A program made the translations under genes and the position numbers. Shown one piece after another: positions 1 through 10,600 of a DNA stretch of 64,000 bases. The notes beneath the pieces were generated by a model. It made no database searches and was not told where the DNA came from. It worked only from the letters and a program-made list of their open reading frames with translations. Each line of letters starts with the position of its first letter. Positions within the stretch are counted from its first letter, which is position 1. Where the stretch lies: contig JBBSVN010000006.1 in NCBI GenBank assembly GCA_038046765.1, positions 1-64,000 of the forward strand, in the 5' to 3' direction. The DNA is from Candidatus Micrarchaeota archaeon (GTDB lineage: Archaea; Micrarchaeota; Micrarchaeia; Anstonellales; Bilamarchaeaceae).

Positions 1-1390
1 TTTTTTCTGCCATTTCTTTATTATTAAGTAGAAGCATTAACTTTTCTTTTTTCTGCTCGAGGTTTTCGCCCATCGCTTCTTTTGCTTCATTAATGATTGT
101 AGAATCAAGAACAATACTTGGAACATCAGTTTCAGGATACATTCTTGCGCCACCAGATATTGGACGCATATAAGAAGTCGTACCATCTGCATTTGCTTTT
201 CTGGTTTCTTGTAAAACTTCCATCCGCTCTGCTCTTTGGAACACTTTTTCTAAAGCGAATTTCGCTTTTTGTTCGCTAGAAATAACAATTGCAAACGCAT
301 CATGTGCGCTGCATTTTAAATGAGCACGTATTTTTTCTTTTATAGAACTATCTAACCCATATTTTGTAAAATCTTCATCGCTATGGATTATTCCAGCTAC
401 GCCAACAGTTTTTGCATACTCAGATAATTCAGTGCCATACCTGCGATTAGGCAATAGTTCTCTTCCTAAAAATCCGTTATGATTAGGTAGAATAATTGCA
501 ATCGCTTTTTCGCCTTTTTTTAACGCGCTAGAAATAAACGGAGTTGTAGAACTATTAAAAAAAGAAGTTGCATCAAAATATTCATATAAAAATTTGATAG
601 AAGGTTTTTTCAATTCTTCAAATAGTTTAATCATTTCATTTTGTCGTTTTAATTCATTTTCAACAAGCTCTGGAAGCTGCTTTAATTCTTGCGCTCCTTT
701 TATTTCAACTCTAGCTCCGCCTTCGGTTGAAACATTTACATCTTGCCTTATTGTTCCGATTCCACGAGCGACCTTACCTGTAGCTCGAAGCATCATTCCA
801 ATCGTCTGCGCTACTTCAAGTAAATGTTCAGGATCTTTAATATCTGGAGCCGTAGTAATTTCAATAAGCGGAACACCAAGCCGGTCTAGATTATAAACAA
901 CTTTGTCATTTTTATTTTCAACAATGCTTGAACTTTCTTCTTCTAATGCGATTTGAGTAATTCGGACCTTACCTTTTGAAGTTTCCAGGTAACCATTTAA
1001 TGCGATTATCATAGTTCGCTGAAAACCAGACGTATTACTGCCATCGATAATTATTTTTCGCATCACGTGAACTTCATCAACAGTTTTAGCATTTAAGTGG
1101 AAACACATTCCAAGAGATACTAGAAGCGCTTCTTTATCAACTTCATGCGGCGGTTCTTCATCAATTTCAACTAAACAATTAATGTCATTAAAGTAATGGT
1201 ATTCAAAAGACAAATCTTTTTTATGCTGATCGCGGGAAGTCTGATCAACTTCTCCAAGTTCGCTAAAAACAGGATGAAGCTTTCTGGTAATAACTTTATC
1301 CCCCGCTCGCTTTTCAACAACTGCACCTTTACAGGAGCAAAATAGTTTTTTAGTATCCAATCTCTGGTGAATCTCCAATCCGAATTTCAT
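1..1390 (-). CDS. gatE: Glu-tRNA(Gln) amidotransferase subunit E (3' end runs off window)
   Basis: Not in ORF track. Reverse strand from ATG at 1390 reads MKFGLEIHQRLDTKKLFC..., with later DEEPPH, IDGSNTSGFQRT, LDRLGVPLIEITT and RGIGTIRQDVNVS motifs; ATGA overlap with gatD stop. Confidence 0.96.
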   Translation of the reverse strand, partial: MKFGLEIHQRLDTKKLFCSCKGAVVEKRAGDKVITRKLHPVFSELGEVDQTSRDQHKKDLSFEYHYFNDINCLVEIDEEPPHEVDKEALLVSLGMCFHLNAKTVDEVHVMRKIIIDGSNTSGFQRTMIIALNGYLETSKGKVRITQIALEEESSSIVENKNDKVVYNLDRLGVPLIEITTAPDIKDPEHLLEVAQTIGMMLRATGKVARGIGTIRQDVNVSTEGGARVEIKGAQELKQLPELVENELKRQNEMIKLFEELKKPSIKFLYEYFDATSFFNSSTTPFISSALKKGEKAIAIILPNHNGFLGRELLPNRRYGTELSEYAKTVGVAGIIHSDEDFTKYGLDSSIKEKIRAHLKCSAHDAFAIVISSEQKAKFALEKVFQRAERMEVLQETRKANADGTTSYMRPISGGARMYPETDVPSIVLDSTIINEAKEAMGENLEQKKEKLMLLLNNKEMAEK

Positions 1391-2721
1391 ATTGTAACCT
1401 CAAAAGCGCTTCGTTCGCTAAATTCACCAGCATAGTTTGTATAATATTCTTCTTTAATTTTTTTCATGTCTTTTGTATGTCCTAGTATCCAGGATAGTTT
1501 AGTAAACGCGGTTTCAGGAATTATATCTAAATTATGGCCTAAGACCCCAACATCATTAAGAAGACGCCCGGCAGCATAAACATCAAGATTAACCCGCCCA
1601 GATATTGTTTGAGTAGTCATCACAACAGGAATATTACTATCAACAAGATTTTTTACTTCATTTAAAATTGAAACAGAATTTTTATCGTTGCTTGAATTTG
1701 TAGGAACGTGGCCTAAACCAGTGCCGATTAAAACTACGCCATCGTAATCGCTTAAGCTAGATATTAAATTTGGTTTAATATTAGGGTGAACATAAACAAG
1801 CGCGACATTGTTGTTAACCTTGGTATCAACCTTAAGCGTCTTTGTTTTATCAAATTGTTTATATTCTGAAATTTTTTCAAACATATTTGTTTTGTAGTCT
1901 ACTTTAGCAAGTGGCAGCGAATTTATACTCCCAAATGCATCACGCCGTGATGAGTGCATTTTTCTTGCGCGCGTACCCCGATAAAGATGACAGAAATTAT
2001 CGTTTACAGTTGCGTGCATACAGATTGCAACTTCAGCAAAATCTTTTTTAGCACTATAAATAGAATTAAGAAGATTCATCTGATTGTCACTACTTGGACG
2101 ATCGCTACTTCTTTGAGACCCAACAAATATTACTGGAACAGGAAGATTTTGACACATGAAACTTAATGCAGAACTGGTGTAGTGGATAGTATCTGTCCCA
2201 TGCATCAGGACGACTCCTTTAACTCCTTCGTTTATTTCATCAACAATCGCTTTAGCGATAATTTCCCAGTGCGCAGGATTCATGTCTTCAGAAAGCAATG
2301 AAAATAAATTTTTAGTGTGAATTGTCGCGATTTCATTTATTTGCGGAAATGAAGCACGAAATTCAGAAGGGCTTATTGCAGGAAAAACTGCACCAGTCTT
2401 ATAATCGATTTTACTAGCAATAGTACCCCCGCAACTAAGTAGGGCAACATCGCCTCGATGAATGTCCTTTTCAGGTTGTTTATTAGCAAGACCTTGTTTT
2501 TTTATAAGTTTAATTTCTGCGTGCTTAGAATTTATACCAACATTATAGCCAGTATCCATTTTGATAACCAGAATTTCACTTTCTTTTGCCCTAGGCATAA
2601 GTAATCCTTCAATATCAAAATCAGAATTTTTTACATGTATTCTGTCTCCTAGGGAAACATTTAACTTTTGCAATAATCTTTCTAAGTCTTTAGAATACAT
2701 AAATTTAACCTCTAACAACAC
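1387..2721 (-). CDS. gatD: Glu-tRNA(Gln) amidotransferase subunit D
   Basis: Asparaginase-like GGTIAS, HGTDT and GSQRSSDRPSSD motifs; N-terminal KMDTGYNVG; adjacent to gatE. Start may be the Met at 2700. Confidence 0.96.
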   Translation of the reverse strand: MLLEVKFMYSKDLERLLQKLNVSLGDRIHVKNSDFDIEGLLMPRAKESEILVIKMDTGYNVGINSKHAEIKLIKKQGLANKQPEKDIHRGDVALLSCGGTIASKIDYKTGAVFPAISPSEFRASFPQINEIATIHTKNLFSLLSEDMNPAHWEIIAKAIVDEINEGVKGVVLMHGTDTIHYTSSALSFMCQNLPVPVIFVGSQRSSDRPSSDNQMNLLNSIYSAKKDFAEVAICMHATVNDNFCHLYRGTRARKMHSSRRDAFGSINSLPLAKVDYKTNMFEKISEYKQFDKTKTLKVDTKVNNNVALVYVHPNIKPNLISSLSDYDGVVLIGTGLGHVPTNSSNDKNSVSILNEVKNLVDSNIPVVMTTQTISGRVNLDVYAAGRLLNDVGVLGHNLDIIPETAFTKLSWILGHTKDMKKIKEEYYTNYAGEFSERSAFEVTI

Positions 2722-2824
2722 TATTTAACAGGGCAGACATTTAAATCTAGCGAATTTTATTATTTTATTTTGTTCTAAGCAGAATAAGCACATTTTTTAA
2801 ATACCAACAGACATAGATTATCAC

Positions 2825-4117
2825 ATGTCTAGGTTAAAAAAAAGCACATTAGTCGGCCAACATGCGATACAACCAGCAACAGCTTCAAGCCCTACTTTTG
2901 ATAAATTACTTAGTAGAGCACCACTTTTAGAAGAACGTAGAGGAAAAAGAAAAGCACAACGTAAGAGCATGCAGGAAATTAAGAGATCAGTATTACTAAT
3001 CTTAGCTAAAAAAGAAGCAGAAGGTAAAACTTTGCCAGAAATTAAAATAAATGCAGGTTTAAGTGAAACTGAGCAAAAAATTCTTGAAGAATTTGTAATT
3101 AATGATTTAACAACAACCGCAGCTGCAAGAAAAATAGGAGTTAGTACAACTGCGATTATTTTAGGTGTAAGAAGATTAGAAAATAAACTGCTGGGAAAAG
3201 ATAGTCATGCGGATGAAAAGGAAAAGTACATTCAGATGACACATGATGAGCAAAGAGAGGAAATGAGGAAGCTAAATGCTAAAAGCGTAAGAGAAGCTGA
3301 TTATAAAAACAGATATTTATGCAGTGTAGCAAAAGGGACGGGAGTTTTTTATGAATTTTTTCCTAGAAAGACAGATAAATACTTAGAAAGAGCAAACCGA
3401 TTATTAAAGCAGTTTCAGAAGATAACTAAGAAAATGCTTAAAGAAAAAACGAAAGAGCAGATATTATTTTTATTTAAACCACCTGAAAGAGAACTTATAA
3501 GTAAACTATTTTTAGTAGAAAAACAACTGGAAACAGGACACGATTTAGCTACTGGCAAAACATGCCGAATGCTTAGGTTGATTTTAAGAAAATTAAAAAA
3601 TGACACACGTATTGAAGAGCAAAACAGAAAACTCAGGGAAATGATAATTACAACTGAAACAGAGAGGATCATGTTATTTAAGAAACAATTAGATATCCAA
3701 GAAATTATAGTTTTTGAAGATAGGGGGACAAAAGAAGACGGACCAAGTTTATTGGTAGATATAGCAGAAAAACTAGGTATTAGTGATGAACGAGTAAGAC
3801 AAATTGAATCAAACATTTTAAGAAAATTAAAGGATTTTTTAGCTGGGAAAAGGATTATAAAAATAAGCAGATCAAGGCATAGTTTAGAAGTAAAAAAATT
3901 ATTTGAAAAGCTCGAAAAAGAGGGTCTGCTCGAGCAGATCAAAAAACAACTTTCAGGTTTTGAACTGCAAATCTTTTTAATACCAGTAACAGGAAAAACA
4001 CTTAAGAAAATTGCGAATCAGAAGAAATGCTCTTACAAGCATATGTTTGCCAAAAGAAGGGCGCTGATAACTAAGATCCGAAAGATAAGAATTATTTTAA
4101 AAAAAGATAAAAGATAA
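2825..4117 (+). CDS. Basic protein with several HTH motifs, one sigma-70 region 4-like
   Basis: LVDIAEKLGISDERVRQIESNILRKLK resembles sigma70 r4.2; further HTH-like segments TTTAAARKIGVSTTAI and TLKKIANQKKCS. Confidence 0.6.
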   Translation: MSRLKKSTLVGQHAIQPATASSPTFDKLLSRAPLLEERRGKRKAQRKSMQEIKRSVLLILAKKEAEGKTLPEIKINAGLSETEQKILEEFVINDLTTTAAARKIGVSTTAIILGVRRLENKLLGKDSHADEKEKYIQMTHDEQREEMRKLNAKSVREADYKNRYLCSVAKGTGVFYEFFPRKTDKYLERANRLLKQFQKITKKMLKEKTKEQILFLFKPPERELISKLFLVEKQLETGHDLATGKTCRMLRLILRKLKNDTRIEEQNRKLREMIITTETERIMLFKKQLDIQEIIVFEDRGTKEDGPSLLVDIAEKLGISDERVRQIESNILRKLKDFLAGKRIIKISRSRHSLEVKKLFEKLEKEGLLEQIKKQLSGFELQIFLIPVTGKTLKKIANQKKCSYKHMFAKRRALITKIRKIRIILKKDKR

Positions 4118-4130
4118 AATAATTAAAAAG

Positions 4131-7100
4131 CTACCTTAACTTGTATATCTTAACAGCATTATCCTTTGTCTGATAAACTAAGTCAAATCCTTCGAGTTCA
4201 TTAAGGAAGAAACCCTTGTAAATATTGGAGTCATAGAAGTACGTACCACTATTTATCCGATCAGAGTAACCATCTACAACTTCCCCATTTTCAACCCACT
4301 TCTTTTCTTTAGTGTAAAACAGGACTGCAGCAGAGTATTGACCAGAATCAGCACAGTTAAAACCATCATTCGTATTACATACTCCTTTTATGAATGCTTT
4401 ATTTAATTTAAGATCGCCATTAGGGTAAGTTTGATTAAGATAGTACGTTACTTGCATCGTTTCTCCAGTTGCAAGAGTAGTATCTGCGATGCAGTAAGTT
4501 GGTTTAATTGAAAGGGATTTTACAGTCATCCCATTACTTTCTGGGACATATGAAAGTTTAAACGCAGTCACTCCTTGTTTACCAGTTGAAGCTGAAATAA
4601 CACAGGATTGTACATTTTCTTTTGGCACGTAAATTATTTCCCAACGATGATTAAATTCACAAATACTCGTACTTGGTTGATAACTCACATTTGTTTCATT
4701 ATTTCTTGAACAGGATAGGTAATTAAGGGCACCGAATTTACTACCAGTTAAGCCACCTAATACAATTTCCTGATCAAATAAAGCATAATTTGCACCAGTA
4801 TACTTCATGTAGTTTCTAAGCTCAGCAGTTGTACCAGCTACATAGTTATATGCAACTTCACCAATCATTTGAGTTGAAGAATGATCATTTCTAATTACTG
4901 CATTAACCTGACCAAAAAAGTTTTCCCAGTGACCGTAATCCCACCATGAGATTACACGAGAAGTCCTTGGAGTATTTGTTTTAAACCACTCCATGCTATC
5001 AATCCAATATTCTGGCATCCTCTGGCATCTAAAACCAGCACCTTGTCTTTGCTGATCTGAAGGATTATTGATATCTGAAATTAGTGAAACATAACAAAGT
5101 TTTTGATTATACTGATAATTGGTTCCTTGCGAAGCGTATTTTATTGGGTCTGCTGCAGCACCACAAATATCCGGATCAGCGCTACCAGATAATTTCATCT
5201 GATCGCAAATAAACTGGAACTTTGGTTGTAAAGCAACAGGATTATCCTGAAACCTTTGGTTAAATGAAACTGAAAGAATTGCAGGAAAAACACCGTCATG
5301 TGCAAACTGATTAATTATAAAGATTGCAGCAATGAGCAACATAATTACAGTTCCAACTGGTTTACCTAAAATGAATGATTTTGAGATTCGATTAATTAGT
5401 CCTTCAAGTTCTGCAAATGCAATTGCTGTTGCAAAAACCATAAAGAAACCAAAGTAAATAGTAAACTTGGCTTTAATTAGCCCCACGATAGTTGCAGGGA
5501 ATAAAGCTACAAACAAAATAACGATTGGATTAAACTCTTCTTTCTTAACAATTTTGTATATTGTGTATACAAGAGAGGCGAAGAAAAAGAAGAAGATAGT
5601 AGTCATGAAACTATTGGATTTTCCAGCAAATTGCAGATCAAGGTTAAAGACAAAATTAAGTAATAAAAATAAACCAGATATCAGATTATTAGTAATAAAC
5701 GCAAGTGGAGCAAAAATGACATCTAGAACAGGGTAAATAAAGTAGAATGGGTCTGTAGAAGATGACTGTGCATTAAAAACTAATGCAACTACGCCTAGTT
5801 GGTCTTCAAAACCATTTCCAGCTACACCCTGTTCTGCAATCGTCCTTTGTAGAGAATATTTAAACTCAGCTAAGCTAAGTTGAGATGCAAAACTATTTTT
5901 TATGTATCCGCCAAACGGAGTGAAAAAGAATATGCCCAAACCAAGAACAACAATTGCCCCCAGAATGTATAGCGAAGTTTCATTATCTTTGATAAAAGGC
6001 CTTATGTAATATAAAAGATAACTAAACGCAAGGACTAGAGTTAAAATTACAAAATTTTTATTTAATATATCTAGGCTAAAGTTATAGAAACCACTAAGTA
6101 AATGAGCTAATAATACACCAAATAAAAGAATAATCGCATTTAATTTTATAAAATTAAAGAAAACCAGATTGTCTTTTTCATTTAAGAAAAGAATTAACGA
6201 ATATATTGGAATAAAAATCATTAACACTGCTGCAGCCACAGTTGCCGAAGAACTACCTAAAACAAGCCCAGCATAGCCAACACATGCTAATGCCGCATAT
6301 TTTATTGACCTATTTTTTAACATAAGCGCATAAAATGCAAAGAAAATTGAAAGGGACAAAAAGGCAAATGGTTGTATTTCCATTTCACCTGCTGCAAATT
6401 TAATTAGGAATATTGGCATAAAAGCAATTAAACTTGCACTTAGAAGACCAAATTCTCTTTTATAGTAAGAAGATATAGCAAGATAGATAAAAAATGCCAA
6501 GAAAGCTGCTGCGAGGGGCGGATAAATATTTGCAATATCAGCTAGAAGATAATTGTTGTAAGCTCCGGTGCCTTGAGTATAAAATGAGTACCAGATTGCT
6601 TCCATGAAATGAGGCAACGGCGTAGTTCTATGATCAACAATTTTATCAGGAAACCATGCAGTCTGATCATTTATTGGATTTTGGCCAAAAGTTAGAATTT
6701 GTTGAGTAATATAAAGATAAAAGTAAGGATCAAGTTCATAGAACACGGGAGAGTATGATTGTACCCTAACCCAAAATGCCAAAAATATAATTACAATTAA
6801 GATTATTGGAACAATTAATTCTCTTGGATTTTTTAGTATGGAATCTATTGTAGGCATTGTAAATGAAATATTTTCATAAGCTTTTTGTTTTACGAAAAGT
6901 GCAATTGCAATAAGGTAAAAAATAGCAACGGAAATAATTGCAGTGTTAAAATTGAAAAGAACACCTGCCATGTTTAATAAAAATGCAAAAAATGCAGGAA
7001 TAAAAAATCCGATACCAAAGCCAATTAACAATTTTTCAATAAAATTTAACTCTTTCCTATTTTTAAAAATTGCAAAGGACAAAATTGCCCCGGGAAGAAA

Positions 7101-7154
7101 AGAAGTTAAAAAAATCCAAAATAAAAGAGAAAATAAATTAAATGAAATAATCAT
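4131..7154 (-). CDS. aglB: Oligosaccharyltransferase AglB/STT3
   Basis: Multi-TM N-terminal region with ELDPYF and TIAE motifs; catalytic WWDYG motif. Confidence 0.93.
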   Translation of the reverse strand: MIISFNLFSLLFWIFLTSFLPGAILSFAIFKNRKELNFIEKLLIGFGIGFFIPAFFAFLLNMAGVLFNFNTAIISVAIFYLIAIALFVKQKAYENISFTMPTIDSILKNPRELIVPIILIVIIFLAFWVRVQSYSPVFYELDPYFYLYITQQILTFGQNPINDQTAWFPDKIVDHRTTPLPHFMEAIWYSFYTQGTGAYNNYLLADIANIYPPLAAAFLAFFIYLAISSYYKREFGLLSASLIAFMPIFLIKFAAGEMEIQPFAFLSLSIFFAFYALMLKNRSIKYAALACVGYAGLVLGSSSATVAAAVLMIFIPIYSLILFLNEKDNLVFFNFIKLNAIILLFGVLLAHLLSGFYNFSLDILNKNFVILTLVLAFSYLLYYIRPFIKDNETSLYILGAIVVLGLGIFFFTPFGGYIKNSFASQLSLAEFKYSLQRTIAEQGVAGNGFEDQLGVVALVFNAQSSSTDPFYFIYPVLDVIFAPLAFITNNLISGLFLLLNFVFNLDLQFAGKSNSFMTTIFFFFFASLVYTIYKIVKKEEFNPIVILFVALFPATIVGLIKAKFTIYFGFFMVFATAIAFAELEGLINRISKSFILGKPVGTVIMLLIAAIFIINQFAHDGVFPAILSVSFNQRFQDNPVALQPKFQFICDQMKLSGSADPDICGAAADPIKYASQGTNYQYNQKLCYVSLISDINNPSDQQRQGAGFRCQRMPEYWIDSMEWFKTNTPRTSRVISWWDYGHWENFFGQVNAVIRNDHSSTQMIGEVAYNYVAGTTAELRNYMKYTGANYALFDQEIVLGGLTGSKFGALNYLSCSRNNETNVSYQPSTSICEFNHRWEIIYVPKENVQSCVISASTGKQGVTAFKLSYVPESNGMTVKSLSIKPTYCIADTTLATGETMQVTYYLNQTYPNGDLKLNKAFIKGVCNTNDGFNCADSGQYSAAVLFYTKEKKWVENGEVVDGYSDRINSGTYFYDSNIYKGFFLNELEGFDLVYQTKDNAVKIYKLR

Positions 7155-7195
7155 ATAGAACTACCTAGATATAATATTTTAGTTCAGCCAGTTAT

Positions 7196-8323
7196 TTATA
7201 GGTATTGTATGGTTGCAGTTTCAGATTCAAGGCTCATTGTTGGTTCATCCTTTTTTAGAATATTTGTGGATTTAACACCAGTAATTATTGCAGTTACGCG
7301 TATCTTATCAAATAACCCGCTATTTACTCTTGCACCAACTTTGACATTTGCCATGCTATCGAATTTTTCAGTAAGCTTTTCACCGATTTTGATACCATCG
7401 CCTAAAGTTAGGTCATCTCCACCTTCAATGTGAATGAGTGCACCTTTTGCTCCTTCATAATCAACATCAAGTAAGGGATGATCTAATGTATCCTTAATTA
7501 CCGCATCAACGCGGTTTACACCAGATGCTTCACCAAGGGAGATCATACTTAGTCCACCGCCATCCATAATAGAGCGAACATCTGCAAAATCGATGTTCAT
7601 AAGACTTGGGAACATAATTGTATCCGTAATACCAGTTACAGCTCTCCCAGTGATACTATCAGCTAATTCAAATGCCTTATCTAATGGAAGATTCGGAACA
7701 TACGTAGCTAACCGATTATTATCAATTACAATAAGAGTATCGCAAACAGCCATTAAGTTTCGTAATGCTTCGTGTGCCTTTTTGATCCTTACTCGCTCTA
7801 AGTTAAATGGATAAGTAACAATTCCAACTACTATCGCTCCTTGTTCTTTTACAATTCTTGCAACTACAGGAGCAGCACCGCCACCAGTTCCGCCGCCCAT
7901 ACCTGCGCAGATAAATACTAGTTCGTTTTCTCCTAATTCCTGTTTTAACATTGAAATATCAGATTCAGCGCATTTTCTAGCTACATCCATGCTTCCTCCG
8001 GCTCCTAACCCCCTAGTAATGTTTTTACCAAGTAAAATTCTTTTTGAGCATGAGACCATTCGTAGATGTTTTCCATCAGTATTTATTGCGACCGTTTTAG
8101 CGCTTTTTATTCCTTTTTTAGCGAGCCTATCAACACAGTTGCATCCTGCCCCACCTACACCAATAACGCTTATTCGTATACTACTAGAATCAATATCTTC
8201 AGTCTTTTGAGTTGCAGAATTTGCAGAAGTATTTGCAGAAGTTGCTTCACTTTGAACTTGTCCTGAATTAGTTTTTACACTTTCCCTTGCAGCCCTTAAA
8301 ATGTCATCAAACATAAAAAACAC
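7196..8323 (-). CDS. ftsZ: Cell division protein FtsZ
   Basis: GVGGAGCN, AINTD, GMGGGTGGG and NIDFADV tubulin/FtsZ signatures. Confidence 0.97.
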   Translation of the reverse strand: MFFMFDDILRAARESVKTNSGQVQSEATSANTSANSATQKTEDIDSSSIRISVIGVGGAGCNCVDRLAKKGIKSAKTVAINTDGKHLRMVSCSKRILLGKNITRGLGAGGSMDVARKCAESDISMLKQELGENELVFICAGMGGGTGGGAAPVVARIVKEQGAIVVGIVTYPFNLERVRIKKAHEALRNLMAVCDTLIVIDNNRLATYVPNLPLDKAFELADSITGRAVTGITDTIMFPSLMNIDFADVRSIMDGGGLSMISLGEASGVNRVDAVIKDTLDHPLLDVDYEGAKGALIHIEGGDDLTLGDGIKIGEKLTEKFDSMANVKVGARVNSGLFDKIRVTAIITGVKSTNILKKDEPTMSLESETATIQYL

Positions 8324-8584
8324 CCGAAAATCGAACGTATAATCCTTTGTATATTACTTGTTTTGTTTTTAGCAATACTAGTTCAAAGTATATACTAAGA
8401 AAAGAAATATAAAATCGCCTATTTATTGTTGTAGAAATATGTAGTAATGGGATTGTATTCGTCAGTAGAAATATTAATTTCGGTACATACATTTATAAAT
8501 TAACTAAATATATTTCTAATTGAGAACAGATTAAATCAAAAGAAAATAAATAAACATAAAATAAAAATACGAGGTGTAAAATAC

Positions 8585-8807
8585 ATGTACGTAGAAAAAA
8601 GGGATTTACTTTGCAGGGATTAGTGAACAAACTATTTTTAATAAACGGGGTAGACCAAGTTTAGTAACTGGTCAAAAACTAGATTTATTATTTGAACTTT
8701 ATTATACAAAAACGCATTCTATAAGGAAACTGGCGCAGATTTTAGGTGTTTCTAAGACAACAGTTTTACGCACGATAGTGCAAACGAATTATACACAGGT
8801 GGACTAA
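8585..8807 (+). pseudogene. Small Hin/resolvase-like HTH protein gene with apparent frameshift in an A6 run
   Basis: Frame ending TAA at 8807 reads KRGRPSL...SIRKLAQILGVSKTTVLR but has no ATG. The ATG at 8585 (SD GAGGTG at 8571) joins it only if one A of the 8595-8600 run is removed. Confidence 0.55.
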
Positions 8808-8809
8808 AT

Positions 8810-9142
8810 ATGGCCAGACCAGTTTATGCAAAACCAAAACAAAAATGGATAGAATTAAACCAGGAAAGTTTAGGAAGAAGATTTAGAGAAATAGGAGTAC
8901 AATTAAGAGAACCGATAATTGAGCAATTGATTAGGATCGTGATTAGTACTGCCGGATCTAATGACAGCCCTAACCCACATAATACCATGCGCGCTTTAGA
9001 TAAAATGTTTGAAAGATTGAAAATAGCGGGAATTAAAGAAGGAGATAAAGTCGAGAAATTGCTTGGAAGAATAGATGTTGCACCCGAATTATTATATGAA
9101 ACAATACGTAGAGAAACTAAAGATTATGGGGAGCACAAGTAA
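8810..9142 (+). CDS. Hypothetical protein
   Basis: 110-aa ORF with SD-like AGGTGG upstream, directly after the HTH gene. Confidence 0.65.
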   Translation: MARPVYAKPKQKWIELNQESLGRRFREIGVQLREPIIEQLIRIVISTAGSNDSPNPHNTMRALDKMFERLKIAGIKEGDKVEKLLGRIDVAPELLYETIRRETKDYGEHK

Positions 9143-9143
9143 T

Positions 9144-10523
9144 TTATATATTTATCGTATCCCCGATTTTTGGAACAAATGATTTAAATCCGAATTTGCG
9201 AAGCTCTAAAGAAAGAGCTTCTGCGGAGATTTTTTCACCGTGAGTTACGAATATTTTATTCGGTTTATTTTTAAGTTTAGAAATCCACTTAATTAATTGA
9301 TCTGCAGTTGCATGTGAAGAAAAACTATCGATTTTTCTTATTTGTGATTTTACTGCAAAAATAGATCCCATCATCCAAATTGACTTAGCGCCTTCCAGAA
9401 TTATTCTTCCTAGTGTACCCTCTGCCTGATATCCTACAAAAAGCAGAGTATTCTTAGGATTCCATATGTTATGTTTAATGTGATGCCTAATTCTTCCGGC
9501 ATTGCACATCCCACTTCCTGCGATTATTATACAGGGCGCAGCATAGTCATTTAAATCACGAGATTCCTGCTGGGTTTTAAGGCATTTTAATTGATTAAAT
9601 GTAAATGGGTCAGAAAATTCTTTAGTAAGGTTCTTAGAAAAGTATTTCAGATTTTTTTTGAATACTTTAGTGACTTCAATTGCTAACGGACTATCCAGAA
9701 ATATCTTTTGGTTTGGAAAAGAACCATCTCGAATTAACAAATGTAAATAGTACAGTAATTCTTGCGTTCGCTCAACAGCAAACGATGGAATCATCAATTT
9801 TCCACCCCGAGCATATGTTTCTTTTACAACTTTAAGCAGATCTTGTTTTCGCATGCTTAAATTTCCATGGGACCTATTTCCATAAGTAGATTCCACAATT
9901 ACATAGTCTGCATTTTCTATGACTGTTGGATCATCTAAAATAGGGGTTCCACCTTGACCAACATCCCCAGAAAATAAAAACTTAGTAATTTTACCTGATT
10001 CAGAAACATGAATTTCGACCATAGATGAACCTAAGATATGTCCGGCATTATGAAATATTACTTCTAGGTCATTGCTAAGTTTACGTGGATTTTCATAGTT
10101 AACAGGACTAAAAAAACTAAATGATTTAACTGCATCTTCAAGAGTGTAAAGCGGGTCTCTTGGTTCAAGCCCAGCGCGGACTCTGCGTTTATTCTCTTGC
10201 AGCGTTTCATCTTCATTTACATGTGCAGCGTCTTTAAGCATAAGCTGCGTTAAATCAAGGGTTGGGCCTGTTGAAATGATTTTTCCAGTAAATCCATTTT
10301 TAACTAATTTGGGGATTAGACCGCAGTGGTCAACGTGCGCATGCGTTAATAGCACATAAGATATTTCTTTAGGATTAAATGGAAATGGTTCGTAATTTAG
10401 TCTCGTTATTTCTTTAGTTCCTTGAAACATTCCGCAATCAATAAGTATTTTTTTGTTTTCGGTTTCTAAAAGATAACAAGAACCAGTAACAATTCCTGCT
10501 GCACCATTAAAAGTTATTTTCAT
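9144..10523 (-). CDS. MBL-fold beta-CASP ribonuclease (YSH1/aCPSF-like)
   Basis: DCG, THAHVDH, AGHILGS, SGD, VESTYG, FAVERTQE, FSSHA and VTHGE motifs. Confidence 0.93.
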   Translation of the reverse strand: MKITFNGAAGIVTGSCYLLETENKKILIDCGMFQGTKEITRLNYEPFPFNPKEISYVLLTHAHVDHCGLIPKLVKNGFTGKIISTGPTLDLTQLMLKDAAHVNEDETLQENKRRVRAGLEPRDPLYTLEDAVKSFSFFSPVNYENPRKLSNDLEVIFHNAGHILGSSMVEIHVSESGKITKFLFSGDVGQGGTPILDDPTVIENADYVIVESTYGNRSHGNLSMRKQDLLKVVKETYARGGKLMIPSFAVERTQELLYYLHLLIRDGSFPNQKIFLDSPLAIEVTKVFKKNLKYFSKNLTKEFSDPFTFNQLKCLKTQQESRDLNDYAAPCIIIAGSGMCNAGRIRHHIKHNIWNPKNTLLFVGYQAEGTLGRIILEGAKSIWMMGSIFAVKSQIRKIDSFSSHATADQLIKWISKLKNKPNKIFVTHGEKISAEALSLELRKFGFKSFVPKIGDTINI

Positions 10524-10600
10524 ATTTGAAGCTACTGGATTATGGTTTAAGAAGATAACGGTTTGAAATGCTTAAATGAAATATAACGATTTCTTAGACC

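Noticed and set aside
594..896. Plus-strand 100-aa ORF
   Set aside because: Antisense shadow of gatE; the same applies to most short antisense ORFs in the track.
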